A stretch of 64,000 bases of DNA from an archaeon. GTDB lineage: Archaea; Nanobdellota; Nanobdellia; Pacearchaeales; GW2011-AR1. Position 1 is the first letter of the stretch; each line of letters opens with the position of its first letter. Of the stretch, positions 17,292 to 25,882 are shown one piece after another. The notes under the pieces are model-generated. The model searched no databases and was not told the origin of the DNA. It worked only from the letters and a program-made list of their open reading frames with translations. The DNA lies in assembly GCA_018697035.1 (NCBI GenBank), contig JABHSE010000004.1, positions 259,300-323,299 on the forward strand. Reading direction: 5' to 3'. A program made the translations under genes and the position numbers.

Positions 17292-17795
17292 TCATTTCCC
17301 AGCCCGCAAAACAATCCGCTTAATCGCCTTCATCCCCTCAGCACTAAACTCCGAAACAACAACCCCGAATAAAACCTCGTCCTCATCCTCCGCATGTTTC
17401 CTCAAAACATCAACAAACACCCTCATATCCTTAACCAAAGCCTCACGAACCCTCGCATCACTACCCGAATTAATAGCATCACCAATCTTCTTGACATGCC
17501 CCCTCAAATCCCTATGCTCAAGAAAAATCGTCTCAATCGGAATCGCAAAACCCTCAGCCTTCATCACCTCAAAAAGCTCCTCCTCCATCTTCTCATGCGC
17601 GGTCCAAAGCTCACCAACCTTCCAAAAAGTGTGCACTAAGTTAGAATAATTAATATTGCCGACCTCGTCCACTTCAGTGGATGCCATCTGGGCAGAAGGC
17701 ACACCCTTGGGTACCTCCTTCATAATAAAATCTAACTCTGACAATTCCATCTCGATAGCCTTATGTTCATCTCTCAATATCTTAACCGGATTCAT
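17292..17795 (-). CDS. hemerythrin-like (HHE cation-binding) domain protein carrying an in-frame repeat insertion
   Basis: RDEHKAIE, HEKMEEELF, LEHRDLRGH and HAEDEDEVLF are hemerythrin-like His/Glu motifs. Confidence 0.65.
   Translation of the reverse strand: MNPVKILRDEHKAIEMELSELDFIMKEVPKGVPSAQMASTEVDEVGNINYSNLVHTFWKVGELWTAHEKMEEELFEVMKAEGFAIPIETIFLEHRDLRGHVKKIGDAINSGSDARVREALVKDMRVFVDVLRKHAEDEDEVLFGVVVSEFSAEGMKAIKRIVLRAGK
17658..17716 (-). repeat. in-frame ~57-nt repeat element, copy H (encodes PKGVPSAQMASTEVDEVG)
   Basis: About 49 of 57 nt match 33093-33149 by hand alignment. Confidence 0.7.
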
Positions 17796-17882
17796 AACAA
17801 ACTAAACAAAACCAAATACTTATACCTTACGAAACACCGTTAACAACCCAAATCTTATAAACAAAAGACCCCTTATACAAAA

Positions 17883-18824
17883 ATGAAATTCTTCAACAAG
17901 CTAATAAAAAAACAAAAACCTCTAACAACATCGTCCGTAGGATTCTCATACCCAAATCAAGAAGTCCTCCGCGACATATCCCTCTCAATAAAATCCGGCG
18001 AACTAATCTCAATCATCGGAGAATCTGGATGCGGAAAATCAACCCTTCTAAAAATCATCGCAGGAATAATCTCAACATCATATCAGGGCAAAATCAAAAT
18101 CTTCGGCAAACCAAAACTCTTCAATAAAAACAAAATCGGCTTCACTCCACAAGAAGTATCCCTAATCCCAGACCTATCAATCCTAGACAACATCAAAATC
18201 TTCGGACTAAATTCCGGCATCACAGAAAACCAGGCAATAAAAAAAGCCAATGAACTTATGCAAATATTAAAACTAGAAGAAGACTTAAATAAACTTCCAT
18301 CCCAAATATCAGGCGGACAAAGAGTTAGACTAAACATAATCCTATCCCTCCTTCACGACCCAAAAATTCTGATTCTAGATGAACCCTTCGCTGGACTCGA
18401 CTTTCTAAACCGAAGACTCCTCTGGCATTTCCTAGAATCCCTCCGAAAAAAAGGCAAATCAATCATCCTAACATCCCACCTCCTAACCGAAACACAAGAA
18501 CACGTCGACAGATTAATCATCCTAAAAAAAGGCAAAGTCTTCTTCTCGGGCAACCTAGAAAAACTAAAAGCCAAACTCAAAATAAACTACATATACGAAA
18601 TAAGATTCACTCACCTCTCAAAATCAAACTTAAAAGAAATCAGAAAATACTGCACATACAAGGATGTCAAAATACTAGATTCCTATGAAAAATACCTCAT
18701 GTTCGGAATCAACACTGAAAGGCAAAAATCCTACCTACTAAAACTTTTACAAAAACTAAATCTAAAATGGAGCGAAATAAGTTTCCGTGAACCAAACCTC
18801 GACGAAACATTCCTAAAAGCATGA
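17883..18824 (+). CDS. ABC transporter ATP-binding protein
   Basis: Walker A GESGCGKST, signature SGGQRVR, Walker B ILILDEP. Confidence 0.85.
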   Translation: MKFFNKLIKKQKPLTTSSVGFSYPNQEVLRDISLSIKSGELISIIGESGCGKSTLLKIIAGIISTSYQGKIKIFGKPKLFNKNKIGFTPQEVSLIPDLSILDNIKIFGLNSGITENQAIKKANELMQILKLEEDLNKLPSQISGGQRVRLNIILSLLHDPKILILDEPFAGLDFLNRRLLWHFLESLRKKGKSIILTSHLLTETQEHVDRLIILKKGKVFFSGNLEKLKAKLKINYIYEIRFTHLSKSNLKEIRKYCTYKDVKILDSYEKYLMFGINTERQKSYLLKLLQKLNLKWSEISFREPNLDETFLKA

Positions 18825-20044
18825 TATCTCCAATCCTAAAAACCTACGCCTACCTGAAAAAAGATTCTCTCTTACTTTACAAGCGAAAAAAATACCTCTA
18901 CCTCTTCATCCTCCTTCCCTTAATTATAGCAACCCTTTTCCTCTTCGCACTCAACCCAAAAGACTACGACATCAAGGTAGGCATCTGCGACTTCGACCAA
19001 ACTGACATCTCAACCCAAGCCTTTCAAAATCTAAACGGCTTCAGTCCAATCATCCTAGAAAACAAAAACTGCTTAGAGAAAATGCAAGAACAAATCAAAC
19101 AAAGTAAAATAGATATAGGCTTAGAAATAGGAGAAGGCTTCACTCAAAACCTCGAAGAACTAAAACAATCAAAGTTAGTGGTATACTACGACAACACCGA
19201 CATAGCATTCGCCAATCTCATCTCGTGGAAAATCGATCAATCACTCCAACCATTCAAACGACAAATCATCGACAACCTAAACCAAGAACTAGACACCAAA
19301 ATCAACTCAGTCCGAAGCGGTGTTGACCTAGCACTAGAATTTTCCGACTTCAGCAAAACTCTCCAAAACAAAATCCAAGAAACTGACGACGACCTCAAAT
19401 CACTCGAAGAGATGAACACCGAATTCCTAACAAACCCAATATGGACAGATAAGCAACCAATCTACGACGAAGACCTCAAAAAAGATGCAGGCATAATCTA
19501 CATATTCCCAATCTTAGCAATCTTCATAATCCTAATGCTCAGCAGTACCTCAATCATCTACGACAAAAACTGCGGTTTCATTACAAGAGTTAAAGCATCA
19601 TCTTCCCCGATTTTTTACATCCTAGCCAAACTAATCTTCTTCACAGCTCTTACGGCAATCCAATTCGCGATCATCCTAATCCTATTCATGTTCTACGGTA
19701 CAAAATATGCAATCGACCCAGCAGCCATCCTTCACTTAATTCTCTTCATCGGAATCATCAACACAGCACTAGGCCTAATCATCGGACTAATCGCAAACAA
19801 CGAAGGAATTGCAGTCCTCTTTTCCCTAATGATATCATTCCCACTCATGCTAATATCCGGAATTTTCTTCCCAACCCAAGCTCTCCCAAAAACAATCCAA
19901 TGGATATCAACAATACTCCCTCTTCATTATCAAATAGCCGCGACAAAACAAACCCTCCTTTTCTCCCAAACATTCCAAACAACATGGGTATACCTCGCAA
20001 TAATACTCTTCGCAACAACCTACTACCTAATCAGAAAAAATTAA
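18821..20044 (+). CDS. ABC-2 type transporter permease
   Basis: One N-terminal TM segment, a large loop, then ~5 C-terminal TM segments. The start overlaps the ATPase stop by 4 nt. Confidence 0.7.
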   Translation: MISPILKTYAYLKKDSLLLYKRKKYLYLFILLPLIIATLFLFALNPKDYDIKVGICDFDQTDISTQAFQNLNGFSPIILENKNCLEKMQEQIKQSKIDIGLEIGEGFTQNLEELKQSKLVVYYDNTDIAFANLISWKIDQSLQPFKRQIIDNLNQELDTKINSVRSGVDLALEFSDFSKTLQNKIQETDDDLKSLEEMNTEFLTNPIWTDKQPIYDEDLKKDAGIIYIFPILAIFIILMLSSTSIIYDKNCGFITRVKASSSPIFYILAKLIFFTALTAIQFAIILILFMFYGTKYAIDPAAILHLILFIGIINTALGLIIGLIANNEGIAVLFSLMISFPLMLISGIFFPTQALPKTIQWISTILPLHYQIAATKQTLLFSQTFQTTWVYLAIILFATTYYLIRKN

Positions 20045-20085
20045 CCCATCAGTATCCTTAAATATCAGAGTCCCTTAACACTACG

Positions 20086-21255
20086 ATGCTGCGAAATTTT
20101 TTTAGAAAAAAACAGAAACCTAAAATAGAATTAGAGAAAGTAAACTTTAATGAAATCGAAGATTGGCTTGAAAATAAAAAAAACAAGCTTATCAAAAAAG
20201 AAGAGGAAATTTTCATTATAATAAAAAAACGGGCAAATATCTCAACTTCAAACATAAGCGGAAAAATAAAAAATCTCGAAGCAATAGATATCGAATCAAA
20301 AAAAGTCGAAGAAAGAGCAAAAATAATAGTCAGACAAAGCCTCGACAAATATTTAAGTTTCGTAGAAGTATTCACAAAAGAACTAACCGAAACAAAAAGA
20401 GAAAGACTTAGCAACTTCATCGAAGACACAAACCAAATATTCTCAGATTTTGACAAACGTTCCTACATATTCTACCAAAGAGCAAATTACCTAATCGGTG
20501 ACGAACTTGTAGCAATGAAAGAAGAAATTAACGACCTCTCAAAATATTTCGCTGACCTATTTAACAAAAATGAGAAAATCATGCATTCTCTCAACTTAAT
20601 ATCCTCCATTCAATTAAAATTAGCACAACTAAACGAAATCACCACAACCCTAAATGAAATTAATTCAGAAATAAAATACTTAGACGAAAAAACGACAAAA
20701 GAAAAAGAGAGAACAAACAATATTTTAAATGAAATTAAAAAAGTCAAAATTAGTGAAGATTATATGGAGAATCTAAAAAAGAGAAATGAAATTGAACTAG
20801 TTAAAAAACAACTAACAGATGACATCTCAAAACTAAAATCACTAATCGACTTCAAAAAAATCACCAACGCTTTCCATTCAGATGAAAATAAAATGAAAAT
20901 AATCAAAGACTACAAAGAAAACTTCCAAAGAAAATTTGAAGAGAATAAATGCGAAAATCTCCTAACCTTAATCAATGAAGCCGAACTAAATAATAGTTCC
21001 ATATCCAACAAAATAAAACAAATCAACAAAGAAAAAAATAAGATATCTGAAAATAAAAAACAAATAAAAAAGGATGAGGCCAAGAAGTTATTGGAAGAAA
21101 TAGAAAGAATAGGATCAAAACTTGAATATATGGCTATCGAAAAAATCAAAAACAGCAAAAGGAGTGATAAAATAAAAGAAAACAGGGAGGAAATCCGAGA
21201 ATCTGTATCACTCTATATAACTGAACTAGGCGGAATCTTGTCCCACCAAAATTAA
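20086..21255 (+). CDS. coiled-coil hypothetical protein
   Basis: K/E/N/I-rich heptad-like sequence throughout. TATA box CCTTAAATATC ~26 nt upstream. Confidence 0.55.
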   Translation: MLRNFFRKKQKPKIELEKVNFNEIEDWLENKKNKLIKKEEEIFIIIKKRANISTSNISGKIKNLEAIDIESKKVEERAKIIVRQSLDKYLSFVEVFTKELTETKRERLSNFIEDTNQIFSDFDKRSYIFYQRANYLIGDELVAMKEEINDLSKYFADLFNKNEKIMHSLNLISSIQLKLAQLNEITTTLNEINSEIKYLDEKTTKEKERTNNILNEIKKVKISEDYMENLKKRNEIELVKKQLTDDISKLKSLIDFKKITNAFHSDENKMKIIKDYKENFQRKFEENKCENLLTLINEAELNNSSISNKIKQINKEKNKISENKKQIKKDEAKKLLEEIERIGSKLEYMAIEKIKNSKRSDKIKENREEIRESVSLYITELGGILSHQN

Positions 21256-21287
21256 AAATAAAAAAACTAAAATCTAATCAAACAATC

Positions 21288-21497
21288 CTAATTTCTAGGG
21301 TTATTCTTCTTAAAACAATCCTGACAAAAAACATCTCTGCCTTCAGTAGGTTTGAAAGGCACTTCACATTCTTTCTTACATGCTGTACAGATTGCCTTGT
21401 GCTTCTCTTGAGGACCATTATTGAAATTGTTCCGTCCACCAAAATTGCCTCGTCCACCAGAATTATTGTTCCGGTTATCGAATCTTCTATTTTCCAT
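21288..21497 (-). CDS. CxxC-x17-CxxC zinc-ribbon protein with an RGG/N-rich N-terminus
   Basis: CTACKKECEVPFKPTEGRDVFCQDC matches the CxxC-x17-CxxC domain pattern. Preferred over the overlapping frame 21278-21556. Confidence 0.65.
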   Translation of the reverse strand: MENRRFDNRNNNSGGRGNFGGRNNFNNGPQEKHKAICTACKKECEVPFKPTEGRDVFCQDCFKKNNPRN

Positions 21498-21610
21498 ATT
21501 ACTTTTTCTCCTTTCAACTTATCAACATCAGAAAAAAAGCACACTGACTTTCGCAAAATTCCATAACATCTAAAAATAACACCTTCTATGGGTTTAAAAG
21601 TTTATGTAAT

Positions 21611-22366
21611 CTACTTCAAACCTACCCTTCCCCGCTGCCAATCATCAATAATCCTAATCGCGCACCTATCCTCATCCACAAAACCACCCTTCAAAAGCCA
21701 ACCCTTTTTCTTACCAATTGCCAAAAACACATCGTAAACACTATCTCCATCTTCAACCTCACAACCATAAAATTTCTCAAGTATACCCCTATCTTTCTTC
21801 ATAATAAACTCCACAATCTTCAAAGCAACCTTTTCCGGATTCCGAATCTTATGAGGATCCTTAGAAGCAGTCAAACCAATACTAATCTTATCATCCCCAG
21901 CAGGAATAACACCAGGCGAATCCATAATCCTCAACTTCCCACTCCGAATCCACTCCGTCTTCCGCGTCGTCCCACTAACACTCTTCACCTTAACTCCAGC
22001 ACCTGGCACCAAAGCATTAATCAAACTAGACTTCCCAGCATTAGGATAACCAACAACTCCAACCCGCAAACTCTCCCTCTTCCAGCTATCAGACATATTC
22101 TCAAGTCCCTTCTTCAACTCCTTAATACCTCTCCTCTTCAAAGCCGAAACAAAAAAACCATCAGCATAATCCTTCTTCAAGCTCTTCAAATCTTCAACAC
22201 CAATCAAATCACACTTATTAAAAACATAAACCAATCGCGTCCCCATCTTCTCAACCTTCGAAACAATCTCCGAATTAGCAGCAATCCCAGGCATCCTAGC
22301 ATCAAGCACAAGCAACACAACATCCGAGTTCCGAAGAACATTCAACACAACAGGCCAAAATCCCAT
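21611..22366 (-). CDS. circularly permuted GTPase (YlqF/RbgA/Nog2-like ribosome biogenesis GTPase)
   Basis: G4 NKCDL precedes G1 GYPNAGKSSLIN, and DSPG follows. Start at the ATG at 22366 (MGFWPV). Confidence 0.75.
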   Translation of the reverse strand: MGFWPVVLNVLRNSDVVLLVLDARMPGIAANSEIVSKVEKMGTRLVYVFNKCDLIGVEDLKSLKKDYADGFFVSALKRRGIKELKKGLENMSDSWKRESLRVGVVGYPNAGKSSLINALVPGAGVKVKSVSGTTRKTEWIRSGKLRIMDSPGVIPAGDDKISIGLTASKDPHKIRNPEKVALKIVEFIMKKDRGILEKFYGCEVEDGDSVYDVFLAIGKKKGWLLKGGFVDEDRCAIRIIDDWQRGRVGLK

Positions 22367-22414
22367 AATAAACAAAATAACCAGGAAATTATAAACCTAT
22401 CCCAAACAGTAAAC

Positions 22415-22441
22415 CTTAAAAACAATGTTACCACTACAAAA
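22415..22441. repeat. 27-nt motif CTTAAAAACAATGTTACCACTACAAAA (partner at 34265-34291)
   Basis: 24 of 27 nt are identical to 34265-34291. Both lie at the left edge of an SD-led island and upstream of a minus-strand promoter. Confidence 0.55.
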
Positions 22442-22661
22442 TGCAACATTAATACAACGACATACCAAAAACAGAACCACAGATAACAATTCAAAGAAAT
22501 TTGAATTAAGTAATCCTCAAAGAAATATGTCAAAAAGAAAGGAAATACCTATTGTACCAAGGAGAAATATCTCAAAATAGGCCATTTCAAAAGAAGATAA
22601 AATAGATTCATCTATGTCTATGATAAATATATAATAATAAAATTTAACAATAGGAGGAAAT

Positions 22662-22937
22662 ATGTCCATAATGAACGTAGCAATAGTCCTCATAGAGGCC
22701 GCCATCTTGGCATTCCTAACAGAAAGAGGAATAACGTTATTCCAAAATAACATTACTCCTGAAACAAAAAAACTCAGGATAGTCCAACAGCTCTATACTT
22801 TGGACCCATCAGAACCTCGAAAGATGGAGTTAAGGAAATACACCCGCAAACTAAAAGATTACAAATACACCCTTGCCCTATTACTCACAATAGTAATAAT
22901 AACAATAGGGATAACAGTTTACGCTATAACCAGTTAA
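22662..22937 (+). CDS. island 1: small two-TM membrane protein
   Basis: SD TAGGAGG 6 nt before the ATG. Hydrophobic N- and C-terminal segments. Confidence 0.55.
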   Translation: MSIMNVAIVLIEAAILAFLTERGITLFQNNITPETKKLRIVQQLYTLDPSEPRKMELRKYTRKLKDYKYTLALLLTIVIITIGITVYAITS

Positions 22938-23022
22938 AGGAGGTGCCTGACAAAAACACTGTACAACCGTACAAAACCGTACAACAAAACATTAATTTAT
23001 CTTAAAAGAAAAGGAGTACAAC

Positions 23023-23424
23023 ATGAACTTTATCATCGAATTTTTCATCAGCATAGGTTTCATCGCAAGAACAAAACCGATCATGATCGATTCAAAATTG
23101 GCCGGATTAGCAAAACTCCAAAGGGAACTGAGTGAAGCGAATAGAATCAACGCCAGACTTGCTGCAGACAAAATGAGAGAGGAAGAACGAGCTGAGAAAG
23201 CAGCGAAAAAGGCAGCGGAAAAAGAAGCAGCCGAACTCAAAGCCAAAATTGAAGCTCTTGAAAAAGAAAGCAAGGCAAAACAGGATAGTCTTGAGGCAGG
23301 TCGTAACACAGAAAGACGTAATGCCGCCAAGTTCATTACAACTGCAAAAGAAGAAGCGGAAAAGGCAAGTATTATATCTGGGAACCTTGTTGCCATCACT
23401 ACCAAACGCATCGCAACAAAATAA
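23023..23424 (+). CDS. island 1: membrane-anchored coiled-coil protein
   Basis: SD AAGGAG, an N-terminal hydrophobic segment, then an A/E/K-rich helix. Confidence 0.55.
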   Translation: MNFIIEFFISIGFIARTKPIMIDSKLAGLAKLQRELSEANRINARLAADKMREEERAEKAAKKAAEKEAAELKAKIEALEKESKAKQDSLEAGRNTERRNAAKFITTAKEEAEKASIISGNLVAITTKRIATK

Positions 23425-23498
23425 CCCCTGCCGGAGCAGCCATATCTTAGACAAACAAGATCCCTGGCTGCCTTAATCTTAACCGGGAGGTAATTATT

Positions 23499-23654
23499 AT
23501 GTCAACATGCAAAAAAAACTGCCGACGCACACAAAACTGCCCGAAAAAATGCCGGCCAGTTTGCGTAAAGAAATTCAGAACAGAGAAAATCTCTCAGAAA
23601 AAGAAAAGACAAAGCATGAGAGCATTTTTGAAAAAAATTACAACAAACCCATAA
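23499..23654 (+). CDS. island 1: 51-aa Cys-rich basic peptide (not in the ORF track)
   Basis: SD GGGAGG 9 nt upstream. My translation: MSTCKKNCRRTQNCPKKCRPVCVKKF... Confidence 0.35.
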   Translation: MSTCKKNCRRTQNCPKKCRPVCVKKFRTEKISQKKKRQSMRAFLKKITTNP

Positions 23655-23667
23655 GAAAGGAAACATT

Positions 23668-24303
23668 ATGAATTTCGAAAGAAAAATCGAAAGCATATTT
23701 GATCAGGTAGAAGCCATTTGGCCCATGATTAAGGCAATGATCGAATCTGGACAACTCACCGAAGAAGCGGTCACAGAACTTCTTGACGGACCCTATGAAG
23801 AATTGGTTGCCACATACCGGCCCCTGCTTCCCATCCTTCCCATGATCATCTCCAAACTCGTCATGGAATTCCAACCCATGGTCCTTCCCGTAAGAAAACT
23901 CAAATTCCAACTCCAGTCGAATCCGGCATGGAAGAAAATGCAGAGTGACAACTACACTCTTAAAGCTGAAACCCGCAAGGAAATCTTTGCCGCTTATATG
24001 AGTAAGGATTTCACAAGGGAAGAAGCCTGGGCAATGATGATGGAAGATACCACACCCGTCAAACCGGCTCAAGCCTCCAATGGAAATGCATTCCTTAAAG
24101 GATACAAAGCCGCTGCCGAATCTTCCAAAGAAATCTTGGGCGATAAAAAGAAAATGGCTGCCCTCACAGAACTCCTGGATAGCGTTAAAGAAATGATAAA
24201 AGAAGTCAAAAAAACCCAGGAAAAACCGGAAACTCAACCCGTCACTTTCCCAGAACGGGAAGATGATGAGCTTGAAAAAACTGATCCTGATCAGGAAGAA
24301 TAG
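23668..24303 (+). CDS. island 1: hypothetical protein
   Basis: 211-aa ORF with the RBS context GAAAGGAAACATTATG, which is shared with 24392. Confidence 0.55.
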   Translation: MNFERKIESIFDQVEAIWPMIKAMIESGQLTEEAVTELLDGPYEELVATYRPLLPILPMIISKLVMEFQPMVLPVRKLKFQLQSNPAWKKMQSDNYTLKAETRKEIFAAYMSKDFTREEAWAMMMEDTTPVKPAQASNGNAFLKGYKAAAESSKEILGDKKKMAALTELLDSVKEMIKEVKKTQEKPETQPVTFPEREDDELEKTDPDQEE

Positions 24304-24391
24304 GTAAAACTACCAAACTTGGAGCATGGCTAACAATAGCATCGCTCCAAGCCAAAACCATAAACAACAAACAACCAGGAAAGGAAACATT

Positions 24392-24661
24392 ATGAAAATC
24401 ATGATTGTAGGACCAACCGGAACAGTCATCCCAGTATACCTCGAAGAAGGCTGTGAAAATTGCCCAAAACGGGAACTCTGTCTTTTTCAATCTCTTGCAG
24501 AAGAAGCCATGGAACTTATGGAAATCCTGGAACTTATGGTAAAAGAAATCAGGGGAAATTCCTTGAGTAGTAGCACCTCAAAGTGTAACACCTGCTGGAT
24601 AAAAGGCAAATGTCTTATGGAATCTCAGGTAAGAGAGGCCGACAGAAGCACCATCCATTAG
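24392..24661 (+). CDS. island 1: small Cys-containing hypothetical protein
   Basis: The internal ATG with GAAAGGAAACATTATG is preferred over the track start at 24326. CENC..C and CNTC..C motifs. Confidence 0.45.
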   Translation: MKIMIVGPTGTVIPVYLEEGCENCPKRELCLFQSLAEEAMELMEILELMVKEIRGNSLSSSTSKCNTCWIKGKCLMESQVREADRSTIH

Positions 24662-24675
24662 CCCCTGATTCCATC

Positions 24676-24714
24676 CCGCGCGCAGCAACTTCCCAACATT
24701 CCCGCTGCGCGCGG
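24676..24714. terminator. GC-only 11-bp inverted repeat CCGCGCGCAGC-N17-GCTGCGCGCGG
   Basis: Read directly. It begins 15 nt after the stop of 24392-24661. No T-run follows, so a terminator role is uncertain. Confidence 0.4.
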
Positions 24715-24788
24715 ACCAACTAAAAAAATAAAGGAATTTAAATTCCTAGACATAAAAAAATTTCTTAAAACAAAAAGGAGAAAATTTC

Positions 24789-25409
24789 ATGGAATTCAAA
24801 ATCAAGAGCACGAGAAAAGATATCATCTGGGGAGACAAAGTCTTCGAAAGCGATATCACAAGACAAGCCCAGGAACTAATTAACACCAATGGATTCGCAG
24901 GAACATACATCAGGCATCTCAGCACAGGCAGATCAGAAACAGAAAGCATTAACCTTGCCCTCCTCTGTCTAGCAGAAGAAAACCAAAAAATTGTGGGAAC
25001 AAGCCTCAATCTTCTCATGAAGGATGAATTTTGCAAAAGAGTCCTTCCCCGTTTACCTATGGGAAGAATTCTCTACGAAATGCTCAAGGCACCACACATA
25101 TTCAACATATCAAGCGAAATCATCGAGACAGTGGAATTCCCAAAAAAATATATCGGTGTAGATACATGGAGCAACGGGTTATTCGGTTGGAGATACAGAG
25201 AAGAGAAACACGTGGTGAAAACAAATGAGAAGATTACAAAGATCGGCAGCGAAATTTTGATAGAACTCCAACCAGATTTCGTAGCCAACTTAGGATCTAT
25301 AAACATTAGATACGGACCCTTCAATATCGAGAACATAAGAAGAATGGTAGATAATGGACGAACACCTACGCCTTTCTGGAAAGAACTTTTCAAACACATC
25401 TTCTATTAA
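24789..25409 (+). CDS. island 1: hypothetical protein
   Basis: 206-aa ORF with SD AAAGGAG ~9 nt upstream. No family recognised. Confidence 0.55.
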   Translation: MEFKIKSTRKDIIWGDKVFESDITRQAQELINTNGFAGTYIRHLSTGRSETESINLALLCLAEENQKIVGTSLNLLMKDEFCKRVLPRLPMGRILYEMLKAPHIFNISSEIIETVEFPKKYIGVDTWSNGLFGWRYREEKHVVKTNEKITKIGSEILIELQPDFVANLGSINIRYGPFNIENIRRMVDNGRTPTPFWKELFKHIFY

Positions 25410-25602
25410 TAAATAACAAAACAAAAGGAGAAACAAAAAAAGACAAACATCGTGGAATCTGCAATCAACTAAACCAAAGACTGCAGAAAAACAATCCAAC
25501 CCTCACCCATCCACTAGGTGAAATAAAATAAAAAACAAAAGGAAAATATAGTATCATGCGAATACATAGATAAAAAAACATAAATATTCCTGCCGGTCCC
25601 GA

Positions 25603-25638
25603 GATGGCGCACAATGTATCCAATACATATGCGCCATC
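25603..25638 (+). terminator. hairpin GATGGCGCA...TGCGCCATC preceding the T9 run
   Basis: A 9-bp GC-rich stem plus inner pairing, followed by the T-run at 25656-25664. Confidence 0.5.
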
Positions 25639-25655
25639 CAAAACTCTCCAATATC

Positions 25656-25710
25656 TTTTTTTTTGGCCAAACATAGGTATTCCAATATACTATATTACAC
25701 TATATACATC
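25656..25710 (+). repeat. conserved T-run/AT-rich module, copy 1 of 4
   Basis: TTTTTTTTTGGCCAAACATAGGTATTCCAATATACTATATTACACTATATACATC aligns with 35582-35636, 46823-46876 and 47244-47300. Confidence 0.7.
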
Positions 25711-25882
25711 AAACAAAACAATCACTCACTAAAACCTCATTTTCGCCCGCTACCACTCGCCAATCAACCAGCACCCCTCGTCAGTCAAACGCCTTATAAA
25801 ACAAATCATACTCCAAAATATACTTATCATCTCACACTTCTATATAAATAAAAAACAACTCCAAAGACCAAGGAGGTGAAAA

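Noticed and set aside
21278-21556. 92-aa ORF overlapping the CxxC-x17-CxxC gene in another frame.
   Set aside because: The 21288-21497 frame encodes a recognisable zinc-ribbon domain with sensible composition. The alternative frame shows no motifs.
24326-24391. Longer start for the 24392-24661 gene (MANNSIAPSQNHKQQ...).
   Set aside because: The internal ATG carries the same GAAAGGAAACATTATG ribosome-binding context as the neighbouring gene at 23668. The upstream extension has no SD sequence.
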